Source: Bacillota bacterium
Lineage (GTDB): Bacteria > Bacillota > Sulfobacillia > JAJZYS01 > JAJZLH01
Reading direction: 5' to 3'
NCBI GenBank assembly: GCA_021850485.1
Contig: JAJZLY010000008.1
Coordinates: 113,305-177,304 of the forward strand
Length of the DNA stretch: 64,000 nucleotides
Shown here: positions 30,310-39,379 of the stretch, in pieces
How positions within the stretch are numbered: the stretch's first letter is position 1
How the letters are laid out: each line of letters opens with the position of its first letter
The notes under the pieces: model-generated
The model's input: only the letters and a program-made list of their open reading frames with translations
Database searches by the model: none
What the model was told of the DNA's origin: nothing
Position numbers and translations under genes: made by a program

Positions 30310-30556
30310 GGGGCTGAAGGTCCTGGTCGAGATACCTGTCCACATCTAGGCGAAACGTCGTCCAGTCAATCGTCGGCGCGCCCTTAAAGGCGGCCACAAC
30401 CACTTCGGCACTGACGAAGGATCGGCTGCGTATGGGCACTAATTCCCCGACCCCAACTCCGTTGCGGGTGACGATGAACGTCTCGCCGCGGTCGAGGGCG
30501 CGCATGACATCCCCACTGTTGTTGCGCAGTTCGCGCTGGGTCAGTTGTCTCTTCAT
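30302..30556 (-). CDS. Phd/YefM-family (VapB-type) antitoxin
   Basis: QRELRNNSGDVMR...VTRNG..VGELVP. Confidence 0.92.
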   Translation of the reverse strand: MKRQLTQRELRNNSGDVMRALDRGETFIVTRNGVGVGELVPIRSRSFVSAEVVVAAFKGAPTIDWTTFRLDVDRYLDQDLQPRG

Positions 30557-30562
30557 GCCGTC

Positions 30563-30582
30563 ATCGTAGCATGCGTGCTACG
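30563..30582 (-). promoter_or_regulatory. Extended -10 (TGcTACGAT) and palindromic operator of the TA module; probable leaderless start
   Basis: Palindrome CGTAGCA-n4-TGCTACG at 30565-30582; -10 ends 6 nt before the ATG; no RBS. Confidence 0.6.
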
Positions 30583-30671
30583 CCCGGCGCCATCCCACAT
30601 CTACCCAGGCGGTTTGCGAGGGACAGCCACCATGCGGGGGGTTGCGGGCCATGGCCCACCACCAGCCGCAC

Positions 30672-31487
30672 TCAGGCCAAGACCACCCGTTGCACGTGGG
30701 TATAGACGTTCAGCCGATCGCCGCGGATGAAGCCCACCACCGTGATGCCGAGATCCTCGGCCATGGCCAGGGCTAGTTCGGTTGGCGCCGACTTGGACAA
30801 GACGATTGGGATTTGCATCTTGGACACCTTGAGCAAGATCTCAGACGACACCCGACCGCTGAAGGCAACCACCGCCTGGGTGACGTCGCGCCCGTGGATC
30901 ATGGACCAGCCGTAGAGTTTGTCCAGGGCGTTGTGCCGTCCAATGTCGCTTCTCGCCACCCAGATGCCTTCCTCCGGGGTGGCAAAGCAGGCGTTGTGGA
31001 CGCCGCCGGTGGCTCGGAAGACATCGCTCGACTCTTGCAACTTGGCGATCAGGTCTTGAGCCTCCCCCGGTGTCACGGTCAGGTCGGAAGCCACTGCCTT
31101 GGCCGTCCGGTAGTCGTTGTCGAAGTAGATGGCGGCTCGCCCCTTGCCGCAGCAAGACGTGATGTAGCGGCGGGCGAACAGTTTGTCCTTGAGCCCGGCC
31201 GTGTCCACGGCCAACTCGGCTCTGGCATCGCCCGTCTCTGGGTCAAAGCTGATCTGGCGGATCTGATCGAGCGACTGGATCACACCCTCAGACGCCAAAA
31301 AACCGGTGACTAACTCGTCCAGATGGTCCGGGCTCGCCACCAGCGTGACGAACTCCTCGCCGTTCAGATAAAGCGTGAGCGGCCACTCGGTGACCACCTT
31401 GTCTCTGACCCAGGTGCCCTCCGTGCCGCTCAGATGGAACACCATGCGGTCGGTCGTGGTCGGCTGCTGAAAGGAGACCTCGGCCAT
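30672..31487 (-). CDS. fdhD: Formate dehydrogenase accessory sulfurtransferase FdhD
   Basis: TSCCG, TGGVH, DIGRHNALDK, SGRVSSE, SAPT. Confidence 0.95.
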   Translation of the reverse strand: MAEVSFQQPTTTDRMVFHLSGTEGTWVRDKVVTEWPLTLYLNGEEFVTLVASPDHLDELVTGFLASEGVIQSLDQIRQISFDPETGDARAELAVDTAGLKDKLFARRYITSCCGKGRAAIYFDNDYRTAKAVASDLTVTPGEAQDLIAKLQESSDVFRATGGVHNACFATPEEGIWVARSDIGRHNALDKLYGWSMIHGRDVTQAVVAFSGRVSSEILLKVSKMQIPIVLSKSAPTELALAMAEDLGITVVGFIRGDRLNVYTHVQRVVLA

Positions 31488-31572
31488 CTCACTCACCCCC
31501 GTCTGCGCCATTGTCGCGCATCTTACCAGGGCGCACATGGCAGGGGGATTTTCGCTCTGCTAGACTCCAGCC

Positions 31573-32001
31573 ATGATCGTTAAGCGGCCCCGCTCTTTGT
31601 GGCTGTGGGCGCTTTTGGCATTGATCTTGACCCAGCTCAGTCTGTGGCTGGCGGTCTCGGCTCATCTCACCATCCTCGCCAATCACGGCATCAGCTTCGG
31701 CCTGCTGGCGCATACCGGCGTCTTGCCTACCTTGCTGGAGACAGCGGGCGTCGTGGTCGTGTTGCTGGCGGCGCACTGGTGGCCGACCAAGTGGGTGTGG
31801 CCGGAGGCGATCGTCATCGGCGGCGCCATCGGCAACCTCCTGGACCGGCTGGCCTTGGGCGCCGTGCCAGACCCCTTGCACATCGCACCCTACCCGTACA
31901 GTTTCAACCTGGCGGACGTCTTAATCCGCCTTGGCCTCGTCGTCTGGTTGGGCTGGCTGGCCGTGGCGGCGCTCAGGCAGCGAAGCGCTCAGCGCCCCTG
32001 A
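31573..32001 (+). CDS. lspA: Signal peptidase II-like protein
   Basis: NHGISFG, GGAIGNLLDR, V.D, FNLAD. Confidence 0.8.
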   Translation: MIVKRPRSLWLWALLALILTQLSLWLAVSAHLTILANHGISFGLLAHTGVLPTLLETAGVVVVLLAAHWWPTKWVWPEAIVIGGAIGNLLDRLALGAVPDPLHIAPYPYSFNLADVLIRLGLVVWLGWLAVAALRQRSAQRP

Positions 32002-33266
32002 AAATGTGCTTCGTCCGGCTGGCTGGGCATCGGCGTGCGGCCGACGCCGGAAGCGAGCATGGCGAGCGCCACGGCGATGGCGCCACAAGACGCCAGCCAA
32101 AAGGCCGCCCTGACTCCGACGGCGGTGGCGAGCAGACCGGCGCCCAGTGCTCCGACCACGCCCAGCGCACCTGCCACCCAACTCATGGCGCCGTTGACCC
32201 GGCCCAAGAAGCGGTCCGGTGTGATCGCCTGGCGCAGGCTGACCTCGCTGATGTCGTAGACAGTGCCGGCCAAGTCGCCCAGAAACTGGGCCCCGGCCAG
32301 CGCCAGCACAGCCATCAGCCAGACACCCCCGGCCAAGGGCACCAGCAGGCTGAGCAGGGCATAGAGGAGCAGCGACCAGACCAAGGCCCGGCCGACCCCC
32401 AGCCGCCTGGTCAGCGGCGCGAAGAGACTGGCACCCGCCATCGCCCCGACGCCGCCCAGCGTGACCAAGATGCCCATGGTCAGCGGACTGAGTGCCAACA
32501 CCCGCAACACGTAGATCTCATAGAGGGTGCCGAACACGCCGCCCAAAAACAGCTGCAGCCCGCCCGAGGTGAACAGGAACCAGCGCAACACCGGATGGGC
32601 CAGCGCCGCTCTCAAGCCAGAGGCAGCGTCTGGCCTTGCCGTTTCCTCCTGGTTGTCCTGAGGATGGGGCTCGATGCGGCGAATCGTGAGCAAGGTCAGG
32701 GCTGAGAAGAGGTAGGAGACAGCGTCCGCCAAGATGGCCAAGGGCGCCCCCAGGGCCTGCACCAACACCCCCATCAGGGTGGGGCCGGCGATCTCGCCGG
32801 TGGCGTCCGCCACATTGACCAGGGCGTTGCCCTCGGTCAGCCGGCCGCGCCCGACCAGCGACGGCAGATACGCCTGGTCGGCGATGCGGTAGAAGACGGT
32901 GATGGCGCTGACCACCACCGAGACGATCAGCACCTGCCAAAAAAATAGTCTGTGGGCCAGCCAGAGCACCGGGATCGCCATCAGGGCCAGAGCCCGCAAC
33001 AGATCCCCCCAGATCAGCAGCGGCCGCCTGCGGCTGCGATCGGTGAGATTGCCGGCCGCTGGGCTGATCAGGAGTCCGGGCAACATGGTCAAGGCCGCCA
33101 GCCAGGAGAGTTGCAGCGGCGTGGCAGCCAGCACCAGCACCACCGTCACCGGCAGCCCCTCGCGGGTGATGCGCGACCCGATCTCGGACACCACCCGGCC
33201 GATCAGGTAGCGGCGCGCAGAGGGATCTTTCAGCAGCGGTGCTGATCGGGCGCCTTGGTCAGTCAC
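31989..33266 (-). CDS. MFS transporter (DHA3-like)
   Basis: 12 TM, G..TDRSRRRPLLI, ITPDRFLGRV. Confidence 0.9.
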   Translation of the reverse strand: MTDQGARSAPLLKDPSARRYLIGRVVSEIGSRITREGLPVTVVLVLAATPLQLSWLAALTMLPGLLISPAAGNLTDRSRRRPLLIWGDLLRALALMAIPVLWLAHRLFFWQVLIVSVVVSAITVFYRIADQAYLPSLVGRGRLTEGNALVNVADATGEIAGPTLMGVLVQALGAPLAILADAVSYLFSALTLLTIRRIEPHPQDNQEETARPDAASGLRAALAHPVLRWFLFTSGGLQLFLGGVFGTLYEIYVLRVLALSPLTMGILVTLGGVGAMAGASLFAPLTRRLGVGRALVWSLLLYALLSLLVPLAGGVWLMAVLALAGAQFLGDLAGTVYDISEVSLRQAITPDRFLGRVNGAMSWVAGALGVVGALGAGLLATAVGVRAAFWLASCGAIAVALAMLASGVGRTPMPSQPDEAHFQGR

Positions 33267-34183
33267 CGGCGCCAGAGATTTTTCACAAAGAAGCCCAAGT
33301 TGGCAGGGCGCTCCGCCAACCGGCGCATGAAGTACGGGTACCAGTCCGGACCAAACGGCACATAGACCCGCACCTGGTAGCCCTCTGCCACCAGCTGCCG
33401 CTGCAGATCCGGACGGATGCCAAAGAGCATCTGAAACTCGAAGCGGTCGTTCCCAATGCCGTGGCGCTTGGCATAGGCCTGGGCGGAGGCGATCAGGGCT
33501 GGGTCATGGGTGGCCACCGCGGTGAAGCAGCCTGCATCCAGGTGCATCTCGACCAGCCGCTGATAGTTGCGGTCCACGTCGGCCTTTTGGGCGAAGGCCA
33601 TCGGCTCGGCTTCCAAATAGGCACCCTTGACCAGGCGCACGTTGGCGGCCAGCTGGGCCATCTTTCTCAGATCGGCCTCAGACCGCCGCAGGTAGGCCTG
33701 GATCACGATCCCCACCGCCGGGTGTCCCGGCCGCAGCCGGGAGAACAGCTGCACGGTCGCCTCGGTGTGCCGGCTGTCCTCCATGTCGACGCGCACGAAA
33801 CTGCCCTGGGCTTCGGCCCGCTCCACGATCTCTAAGAGGCGGCTCTCAGCGGCCGAGGGGTCCAGGTCCAATCCCAGCTGAGTCAGCTTCAACGACACAT
33901 GGGAATGCAGCCGCTCAGCGGCAATCCGGTCTAAGATCCCTAAATAGGCCGCCTTGGCGCTATCGGCGTAGCTGGCGTCCACCTCACCCTCGCCCAGGCG
34001 GTCCAGCGTCACCTGCAACTGCTGGCGGTTGAGCTCTTGCACCACCGGCACAGTCTCATCCAGGGTGTTCCCCGCCACGAACCGAAAGGCCCCCAGCTTC
34101 GGCCCGTAGCGGTTCACCAGCTCGGCCACGTGTTGACTCTCAGCGGCGGCCAGGATGGCTCGGCGGAGCAAGGGTTGACTCAT
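33263..34183 (-). CDS. putB: Monofunctional proline dehydrogenase
   Basis: SLKLTQLG, VDMED, RLVKGAY, ATHD, YFMRRLAERPAN. Confidence 0.95.
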   Translation of the reverse strand: MSQPLLRRAILAAAESQHVAELVNRYGPKLGAFRFVAGNTLDETVPVVQELNRQQLQVTLDRLGEGEVDASYADSAKAAYLGILDRIAAERLHSHVSLKLTQLGLDLDPSAAESRLLEIVERAEAQGSFVRVDMEDSRHTEATVQLFSRLRPGHPAVGIVIQAYLRRSEADLRKMAQLAANVRLVKGAYLEAEPMAFAQKADVDRNYQRLVEMHLDAGCFTAVATHDPALIASAQAYAKRHGIGNDRFEFQMLFGIRPDLQRQLVAEGYQVRVYVPFGPDWYPYFMRRLAERPANLGFFVKNLWRR

Positions 34184-34539
34184 GCCAGAGGCGGCTGCGT
34201 CGGCACCGAAGTGGTTCCGAAGTGGTCCTCACTGGAGGCCGGCATCAGGACCCGCATCGAGACGACGGCGAAGGCGCCGCCGTCTTCCAGGTGACCCAGT
34301 CCCCTGCCCCACAGCAGCCGCCCGTTGCCGCCCTTGTCCACCATTTTCAGGGCGATGGTCAGGCGCGCCGGCCGAATCACTGGCTTCAGCAGGTCGCACT
34401 CGGCCGCCAGCACCTTAGTGTCTTGGCCAAAGAGATCCACCGCCAGCGGTGCGAACAGAGCCAACACATCGAGCCAAGAGGCCTCACCGGTGCCGGTGAG
34501 CGACACCTCCCGGGTGATCTCGTCGCCGATCGCCACCAT
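34180..34539 (-). CDS. Hypothetical protein, possible hotdog fold
   Basis: AGGAGG RBS, 4-nt overlap with putB; ECDLLKPV pattern reminiscent of hotdog strands. Confidence 0.55.
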   Translation of the reverse strand: MVAIGDEITREVSLTGTGEASWLDVLALFAPLAVDLFGQDTKVLAAECDLLKPVIRPARLTIALKMVDKGGNGRLLWGRGLGHLEDGGAFAVVSMRVLMPASSEDHFGTTSVPTQPPLA

Positions 34540-34692
34540 CTGGGTCGACCCTCCTGTCTGACGCCTTGCCAGGGATACCACGTCCGGGTGCGGTCGCCCT
34601 CTCTCCTAGATTACAATCTAGAGGTGCGTTCTGCCCTAGTTCGCACGGCCGGTCGCAAGTTTTGAACGTCCCCATCCAGGAGGCAACCACCG

Positions 34693-36168
34693 ATGGCCGC
34701 ACGCCAAGTCGATACCACACTACCAAAAGATGTGCCGACCCAGTTGCTGATTGGCGGCAAGTGGCGCCCCGCCCACAGCAGCCAGACGCTGGCGGTGTCC
34801 GATCCGGCCACCGAACAGGTGGTGGCCGAGGTGGCCGACGGCTCGGTCGAAGACGCCCGGCTGGCACTTGAGGCCGCAGTGGTGGCCTTTTCCGGCTTCA
34901 AGAAAACCTCGGCCTATCAGCGCAGCCGCTGGCTGCGGTCTTGGTTTGAGGCCATCTTGGCCCATCGCGATCCGCTGGCTCGGTTGATCACCATCGAAAA
35001 CGGCAAGCCGCTGACCGAGGCGCTGGGCGAGGTGGACTACGCTGCCAGCTTCGTGGAGTGGTTTTCCGAGGAGGCGAAGCGGGTCTATGGCCGCACCATC
35101 CCCGCCACCACCACCGACCGCCGCTTGCTGGCCATCCGCCAGCCGGTAGGCGTGGTGGCGGCCATCACCCCGTGGAATTTTCCGGCTGCCATGATCACGC
35201 GCAAACTGGCGCCGGCGTTGGCCGCTGGCTGTACAGTGGTGCTCAAGCCGGCCTCCCTGACTCCGCTGACCGCCCTCTACCTGGCCAAGTTGTGGCAAGA
35301 GGCGGGCCCACCGGATGGCACCTTGAACGTGATCACCACTTCTCAGGCCTCTGCCGTCGCCGACGCCTGGATGTCCGATCAGCGGCTGCGCAAGGTCACC
35401 TTCACCGGCTCCACCCCGATCGGCCAGGAGCTGATCCGAAAGTCCGCCGACCAGGTGCAGCGGCTGTCTCTGGAGCTGGGCGGGCAGGCACCCTTTGTGG
35501 TGTTCGACGACGCCGACCTCGATCTCACCATCGCCGCCATGCTGGTCAGCAAGTTCCGAAACGGCGGCCAGTCGTGCGTTGCCTCCAATCGCATGCTGGT
35601 GCAGCGCAACATCCTGGCCGCCTTCACCGAACGGGCCACGGCCGCCACGGCTGCCCTGCGCATCGGGCACGGCCTGACGCCTGGGGTGGAGATCGGTCCC
35701 TTGATCGATCGACCCGGGCGACAGAAGGTACTCGATCACATTGCGGACGCCCTGGCCAAGGGCGCCCAGGTGCAGACCGGCGGCCGGGCCTTGGACGGAT
35801 CAGGGTTCTTCGTCCAGCCGACAGTGCTGTCCGGGGTCCAGCCCGGCATGCGGGTGATGGAAGAGGAAACCTTCGGCCCGCTGGTGGCGATCAGCGCCTT
35901 TGACACCGAGGAACAAGGTGTGGCCCTGGCCAACTCGAGCCCATTCGGGCTGGCTGCCTACGCCTTCACCGCCTCCGCCGGACGGGCTTGGCGCGTGGCG
36001 GAACGCTTGGAGTACGGCATCGTCGGGCTGAACGAGGGATTGCCGTCCACCGCCCAGGCGCCGTTTGGCGGCTGGAAACTTTCCGGCATCGGCCGCGAGG
36101 GTGCCAGTGAGGGACTGGACGCCTTCTTAGAAGAAAAATACATCGCCTGGGGCGGCATCGACGCCTGA
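34693..36168 (+). CDS. gabD: NAD(P)-dependent aldehyde dehydrogenase (GabD/SSADH-like)
   Basis: PWNFP, FTGST, ELGG, GQSCV, EETFGP. Confidence 0.88.
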   Translation: MAARQVDTTLPKDVPTQLLIGGKWRPAHSSQTLAVSDPATEQVVAEVADGSVEDARLALEAAVVAFSGFKKTSAYQRSRWLRSWFEAILAHRDPLARLITIENGKPLTEALGEVDYAASFVEWFSEEAKRVYGRTIPATTTDRRLLAIRQPVGVVAAITPWNFPAAMITRKLAPALAAGCTVVLKPASLTPLTALYLAKLWQEAGPPDGTLNVITTSQASAVADAWMSDQRLRKVTFTGSTPIGQELIRKSADQVQRLSLELGGQAPFVVFDDADLDLTIAAMLVSKFRNGGQSCVASNRMLVQRNILAAFTERATAATAALRIGHGLTPGVEIGPLIDRPGRQKVLDHIADALAKGAQVQTGGRALDGSGFFVQPTVLSGVQPGMRVMEEETFGPLVAISAFDTEEQGVALANSSPFGLAAYAFTASAGRAWRVAERLEYGIVGLNEGLPSTAQAPFGGWKLSGIGREGASEGLDAFLEEKYIAWGGIDA

Positions 36169-36189
36169 TTTCCCAGAGCCGGGGACCAT

Positions 36190-36420
36190 GTGTACACCTA
36201 GATCAACTGCCCGATACCCCGTCCAGCCGTCTCGTGCAGGGTTCGGTGCCACCCAGACGATGTGATAGACGCAACTGTGATCGGCAAGATCGCCCATCCG
36301 CTCCGCCTCCGGACTGCCGCTTAGGATGAACTCCGGTTCCGAGCGAAACTGCTCGGAAAAGTGGACGACAGCACATCGGCCAGGCGACCGCCAGCACCTC
36401 TGGCACTCCGGTGCTGGCGG
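36190..36420 (-). mobile_element. Probable IS200/IS605 remnant (decayed TnpA N-terminus and hairpins)
   Basis: ATG 36297 gives MGDLADHSCVYHIVWVAP, resembling the TnpA YHIVW motif; two perfect hairpins at 36337-36358 and 36388-36420. Confidence 0.45.
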
Positions 36421-36505
36421 CAATCGCCACGCTCATGGGGAGAGCCCGGTCGAGGTCCTGCTGGCACAAGACCCGGACCGGTCTGGGCGGGGGCTCGACC
36501 GTCAT
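36412..36505 (-). pseudogene. Truncated ornithine cyclodeaminase/mu-crystallin N-terminus
   Basis: VRVLCQQDLDRALPMSVAIAA matches OCD N-termini; coupled to the upstream gene by a TAATG overlap; similarity ends at the hairpin. Confidence 0.55.
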
Positions 36506-37350
36506 TACCCCAGCTGTCTGCGCATGTACTCCAGCACCCGCCGGTCGATGGCCGCCCCTTCGGGTCGTCGGTCTTCGAAGTTCTCGCGGCTGTGGTAGGC
36601 GGCCAGAGCCTGGTCCAAGGAGCGGCTACCCGTCAGGTCCCCGCTCTTGGTCAGCAGGCCTCGCAACTCCGCATCGAGCTTGGGGTCAATGTCCATCCGG
36701 TCGGCCGGGTCCATCTCCGAAAAGTAGAGCTGGTGCAGGTCCAAGATCCTTTTCAGTTCGGCGATCGGGCTCGGATGGTCGTCCACCCGCAGGTCGACCG
36801 CCCGGTCGTTGAACCCGCTGTAGCCTGCCTCCTTGCGTACCACCAGCAACGCTGCCGATTCCTGGCCGCGGCGGTCGCCGCCGGCTGCCTGACCGGCCTC
36901 CAAGGCGGCCACCAGCCGATAGGCGAAGGGGGCGGTGGACTTTCGAAACGCTTCGGCCATCGCACTGGCCACCGCTGCCCCGGCCAAGATATTGCCTTGG
37001 CAGCTGAAGCCGTCGCCCACGACGTGCCCCGCCCAGTCCATGCACTCGCTACCGGTGTAGGCTGCCGCCCGGCCCGCTTGGTCGACCACCCCTAGCTGGC
37101 GGTGGGCGCGTCCTGCGTCTTCTTCGGTCAGCCGCTGCACGACCTCAGGGGCCGCCATGCCCGCCCGCAGCCACTCCAGGGCGCGCGGGCCATAAGTGGT
37201 ATTGCCCCAGGCCTGGGTGGCAATGGCGCCGGCATCCCAGGCCGCGAAGGGAACCACCGATCCTACCGCCAAGAACTTGGACTGCACTGCCACACCGAAG
37301 CTAGCGGTGGCAAGATCTCGGGCGACAATGGAGAAGGTGCTCGGATGCAC
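36505..37350 (-). CDS. DUF1028 family (Ntn-hydrolase-like) protein
   Basis: TFSIVA, GVAVQSKFLAVG, GGDRRG.ESAA, DLRVDDH. Confidence 0.9.
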   Translation of the reverse strand: MHPSTFSIVARDLATASFGVAVQSKFLAVGSVVPFAAWDAGAIATQAWGNTTYGPRALEWLRAGMAAPEVVQRLTEEDAGRAHRQLGVVDQAGRAAAYTGSECMDWAGHVVGDGFSCQGNILAGAAVASAMAEAFRKSTAPFAYRLVAALEAGQAAGGDRRGQESAALLVVRKEAGYSGFNDRAVDLRVDDHPSPIAELKRILDLHQLYFSEMDPADRMDIDPKLDAELRGLLTKSGDLTGSRSLDQALAAYHSRENFEDRRPEGAAIDRRVLEYMRRQLG

Positions 37351-37454
37351 GTGGCCGCCTCCCATTTGAGATGTCGGTCGCAAACCCGATGTGTGCGCTT
37401 CGCCTTGGTTCTGTGTCTCCCTGCCACTACCAAGTGAAGGAGGACTCGTCCGCC

Positions 37455-38345
37455 ATGAACCCGGAGATCTTGGTGCCGCTGGTCACCCCGTTTCGCTCAG
37501 ACGGCCGACTGGATTTCGATGGCTATGTCGCCAATGTGCATCGGCTCTCCGCCCAGGGGGTGGACGGAGTGGTGCTGATGGGCTCGAGCGGAGAATTCCC
37601 GCACCTCACCCACGGGGAACGCCGCCAACTGATCTCAGAGGTGGCCGCGCAGAGACCGGACCGGTTTCAGGTTTTGGTCCATAGCGGTGGCGGAGCCATG
37701 GCAGACGTCGTCCAGTTGGTGGAAGACACCGTGGCACACGGACTGGACGGGGCGATGGTGATCACGCCCTTTTACTTTCAGCCCCAACTGGACCGGCGGG
37801 CCCTGGTCGCTTATTACCGTCAGTTGATCCAGCTCGGGCCGATCTACCTCTACCACTACCCGCGCTTCACCGGCGTCACGCTGGACAGCGCCACCGTTGG
37901 CGAGCTCGCCCAGGCCGGCCTCAAAGGCATGAAGGATTCGTCCGGCCAAAGTGCGCTCTTCTCCCAGGTGGCGAGTGAGACCAGAGGGCTGGACTTTCGC
38001 CTGTTCACCGGCAGCGGATCAGCCTTTTTGGCTGCAATCGCCCAGGGTGCGGCCGGCGGCATCATGGCGCTGGCCCAGCTAGCCCCCGCCGAGTTGATCG
38101 AACTGCGCCGCTTGGCGTTGGCCGGCGACTGGCCGGCGGCCCGCGTCTTGCAGGACCGCCTAGTGGCCCTTGATCAGGCTACCGGTACCCGTTTTGGCAT
38201 TGCTGGCTTGAAGTGGGCGGCCAAACAGCGGGGCTTGGTCTCCTCCGGGCCCAGGTCGCCCCTGACCGGCCTCGATCCCGCCGCCGAGCAGACACTGGCA
38301 GACATCTTGCAGGCTACGGCGCTGGAACCGCTGCGCTCGGTGTAA
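37455..38345 (+). CDS. DHDPS-family aldolase, 4-hydroxy-2-oxoglutarate aldolase-like
   Basis: GSSGEFPHLT, ITPFYF, GMKDSSG (Schiff-base Lys), RFGIAGLK. Confidence 0.8.
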   Translation: MNPEILVPLVTPFRSDGRLDFDGYVANVHRLSAQGVDGVVLMGSSGEFPHLTHGERRQLISEVAAQRPDRFQVLVHSGGGAMADVVQLVEDTVAHGLDGAMVITPFYFQPQLDRRALVAYYRQLIQLGPIYLYHYPRFTGVTLDSATVGELAQAGLKGMKDSSGQSALFSQVASETRGLDFRLFTGSGSAFLAAIAQGAAGGIMALAQLAPAELIELRRLALAGDWPAARVLQDRLVALDQATGTRFGIAGLKWAAKQRGLVSSGPRSPLTGLDPAAEQTLADILQATALEPLRSV

Positions 38346-39129
38346 CCACCGCCACCGCCACCGCCAGGCGATGGCCGCCCGGGAACGGCGGGCTGACCAA
38401 CCACACCGTGAACTTGCCGCCGCTGAGCGCCTGTGGCCACGTCAGCTGGCCACTGAGGGTGCCCTGCCAGGTCTGGGTTAAGCGCCCTAGGGCATGGCTG
38501 GCGGCGGGCGGTGTCGTGATCCACTGTCCGCCTAGCGGTTGGGCACCGGCTTGTGCCACCACCTGATAGCCGCCTGGCCCGAAATTGCCACCGGTGAGCG
38601 GCGCCGTGCCCTGTACCGTGAAGCTGCCGCCCAGGCTGGGCCGGGCGGGCATGGTCAGACTGGCACATGGGTGGCCCTTGGTGCAGGACAGGTTCGGCAC
38701 CCGGATCAAGAGATTGAACACCGCCTTGGCGTAGCCGTGTACCTGGGCACAGCTACCGCCAGAGGTCAGACAGGTGGCACTCACGGCGTAAGCGCCGGAG
38801 GTCACCGGGTGTGGACCGCTCGCCTCCAGCCAAGGCACGGTCGGAACTTGGAGCCAGGTGGAGAAGGTGGCGTGGTTGGGGCCACCGGCGGTACTCGTGA
38901 CCACGATGCGCAAGCCATGGCTACAGCCGTTCCAGCACAGCACCAGACGGTGGTCTGCAGCGACCTGCACCTGGCCGCCGCTCACCGCCAGCACCGTGCC
39001 CGGCAATCCGGTGCCGGGATTCACCGCCAGCCACGGTCCGGAGGTGGGAGGGATGGAAACACCGTAGACACTGCAACCGGCCAGCACCAGCAGCAGTGGC
39101 AACAGGGCTAGGCGGACCAGTCGGGCCAT
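38314..39129 (-). CDS. Cys-paired lipoprotein, paralog of the N-terminal part of 27760..29787
   Basis: Lipobox LAGC, GGAGG RBS, shared CWNGC/CFGGC and VP..PWL..SG motifs. Confidence 0.75.
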   Translation of the reverse strand: MARLVRLALLPLLLVLAGCSVYGVSIPPTSGPWLAVNPGTGLPGTVLAVSGGQVQVAADHRLVLCWNGCSHGLRIVVTSTAGGPNHATFSTWLQVPTVPWLEASGPHPVTSGAYAVSATCLTSGGSCAQVHGYAKAVFNLLIRVPNLSCTKGHPCASLTMPARPSLGGSFTVQGTAPLTGGNFGPGGYQVVAQAGAQPLGGQWITTPPAASHALGRLTQTWQGTLSGQLTWPQALSGGKFTVWLVSPPFPGGHRLAVAVAVVTPSAAVPAP

Positions 39130-39379
39130 CAGCTTCCCTCCTGTCCGTAGGTGATTGTACCGAAGGCCGCCGCCGCCGACACGGATAAGCCCGAAGAAAT
39201 GGTATCCGACGGTGCGCAGGTCCACGATGAGGGCACCGCGCCATGGCGCCCAGAGGTGGTCGCCGATCGCATCCATAGACGTCGCCGCGCCAGTGGCCGA
39301 TGCGGCTCATCGCCGGACGACGTCGCCAAATTGCCTGCCCTGGCCTCAGGCTCATCCCGTTCTCGGCGCAGGGTAGGTG

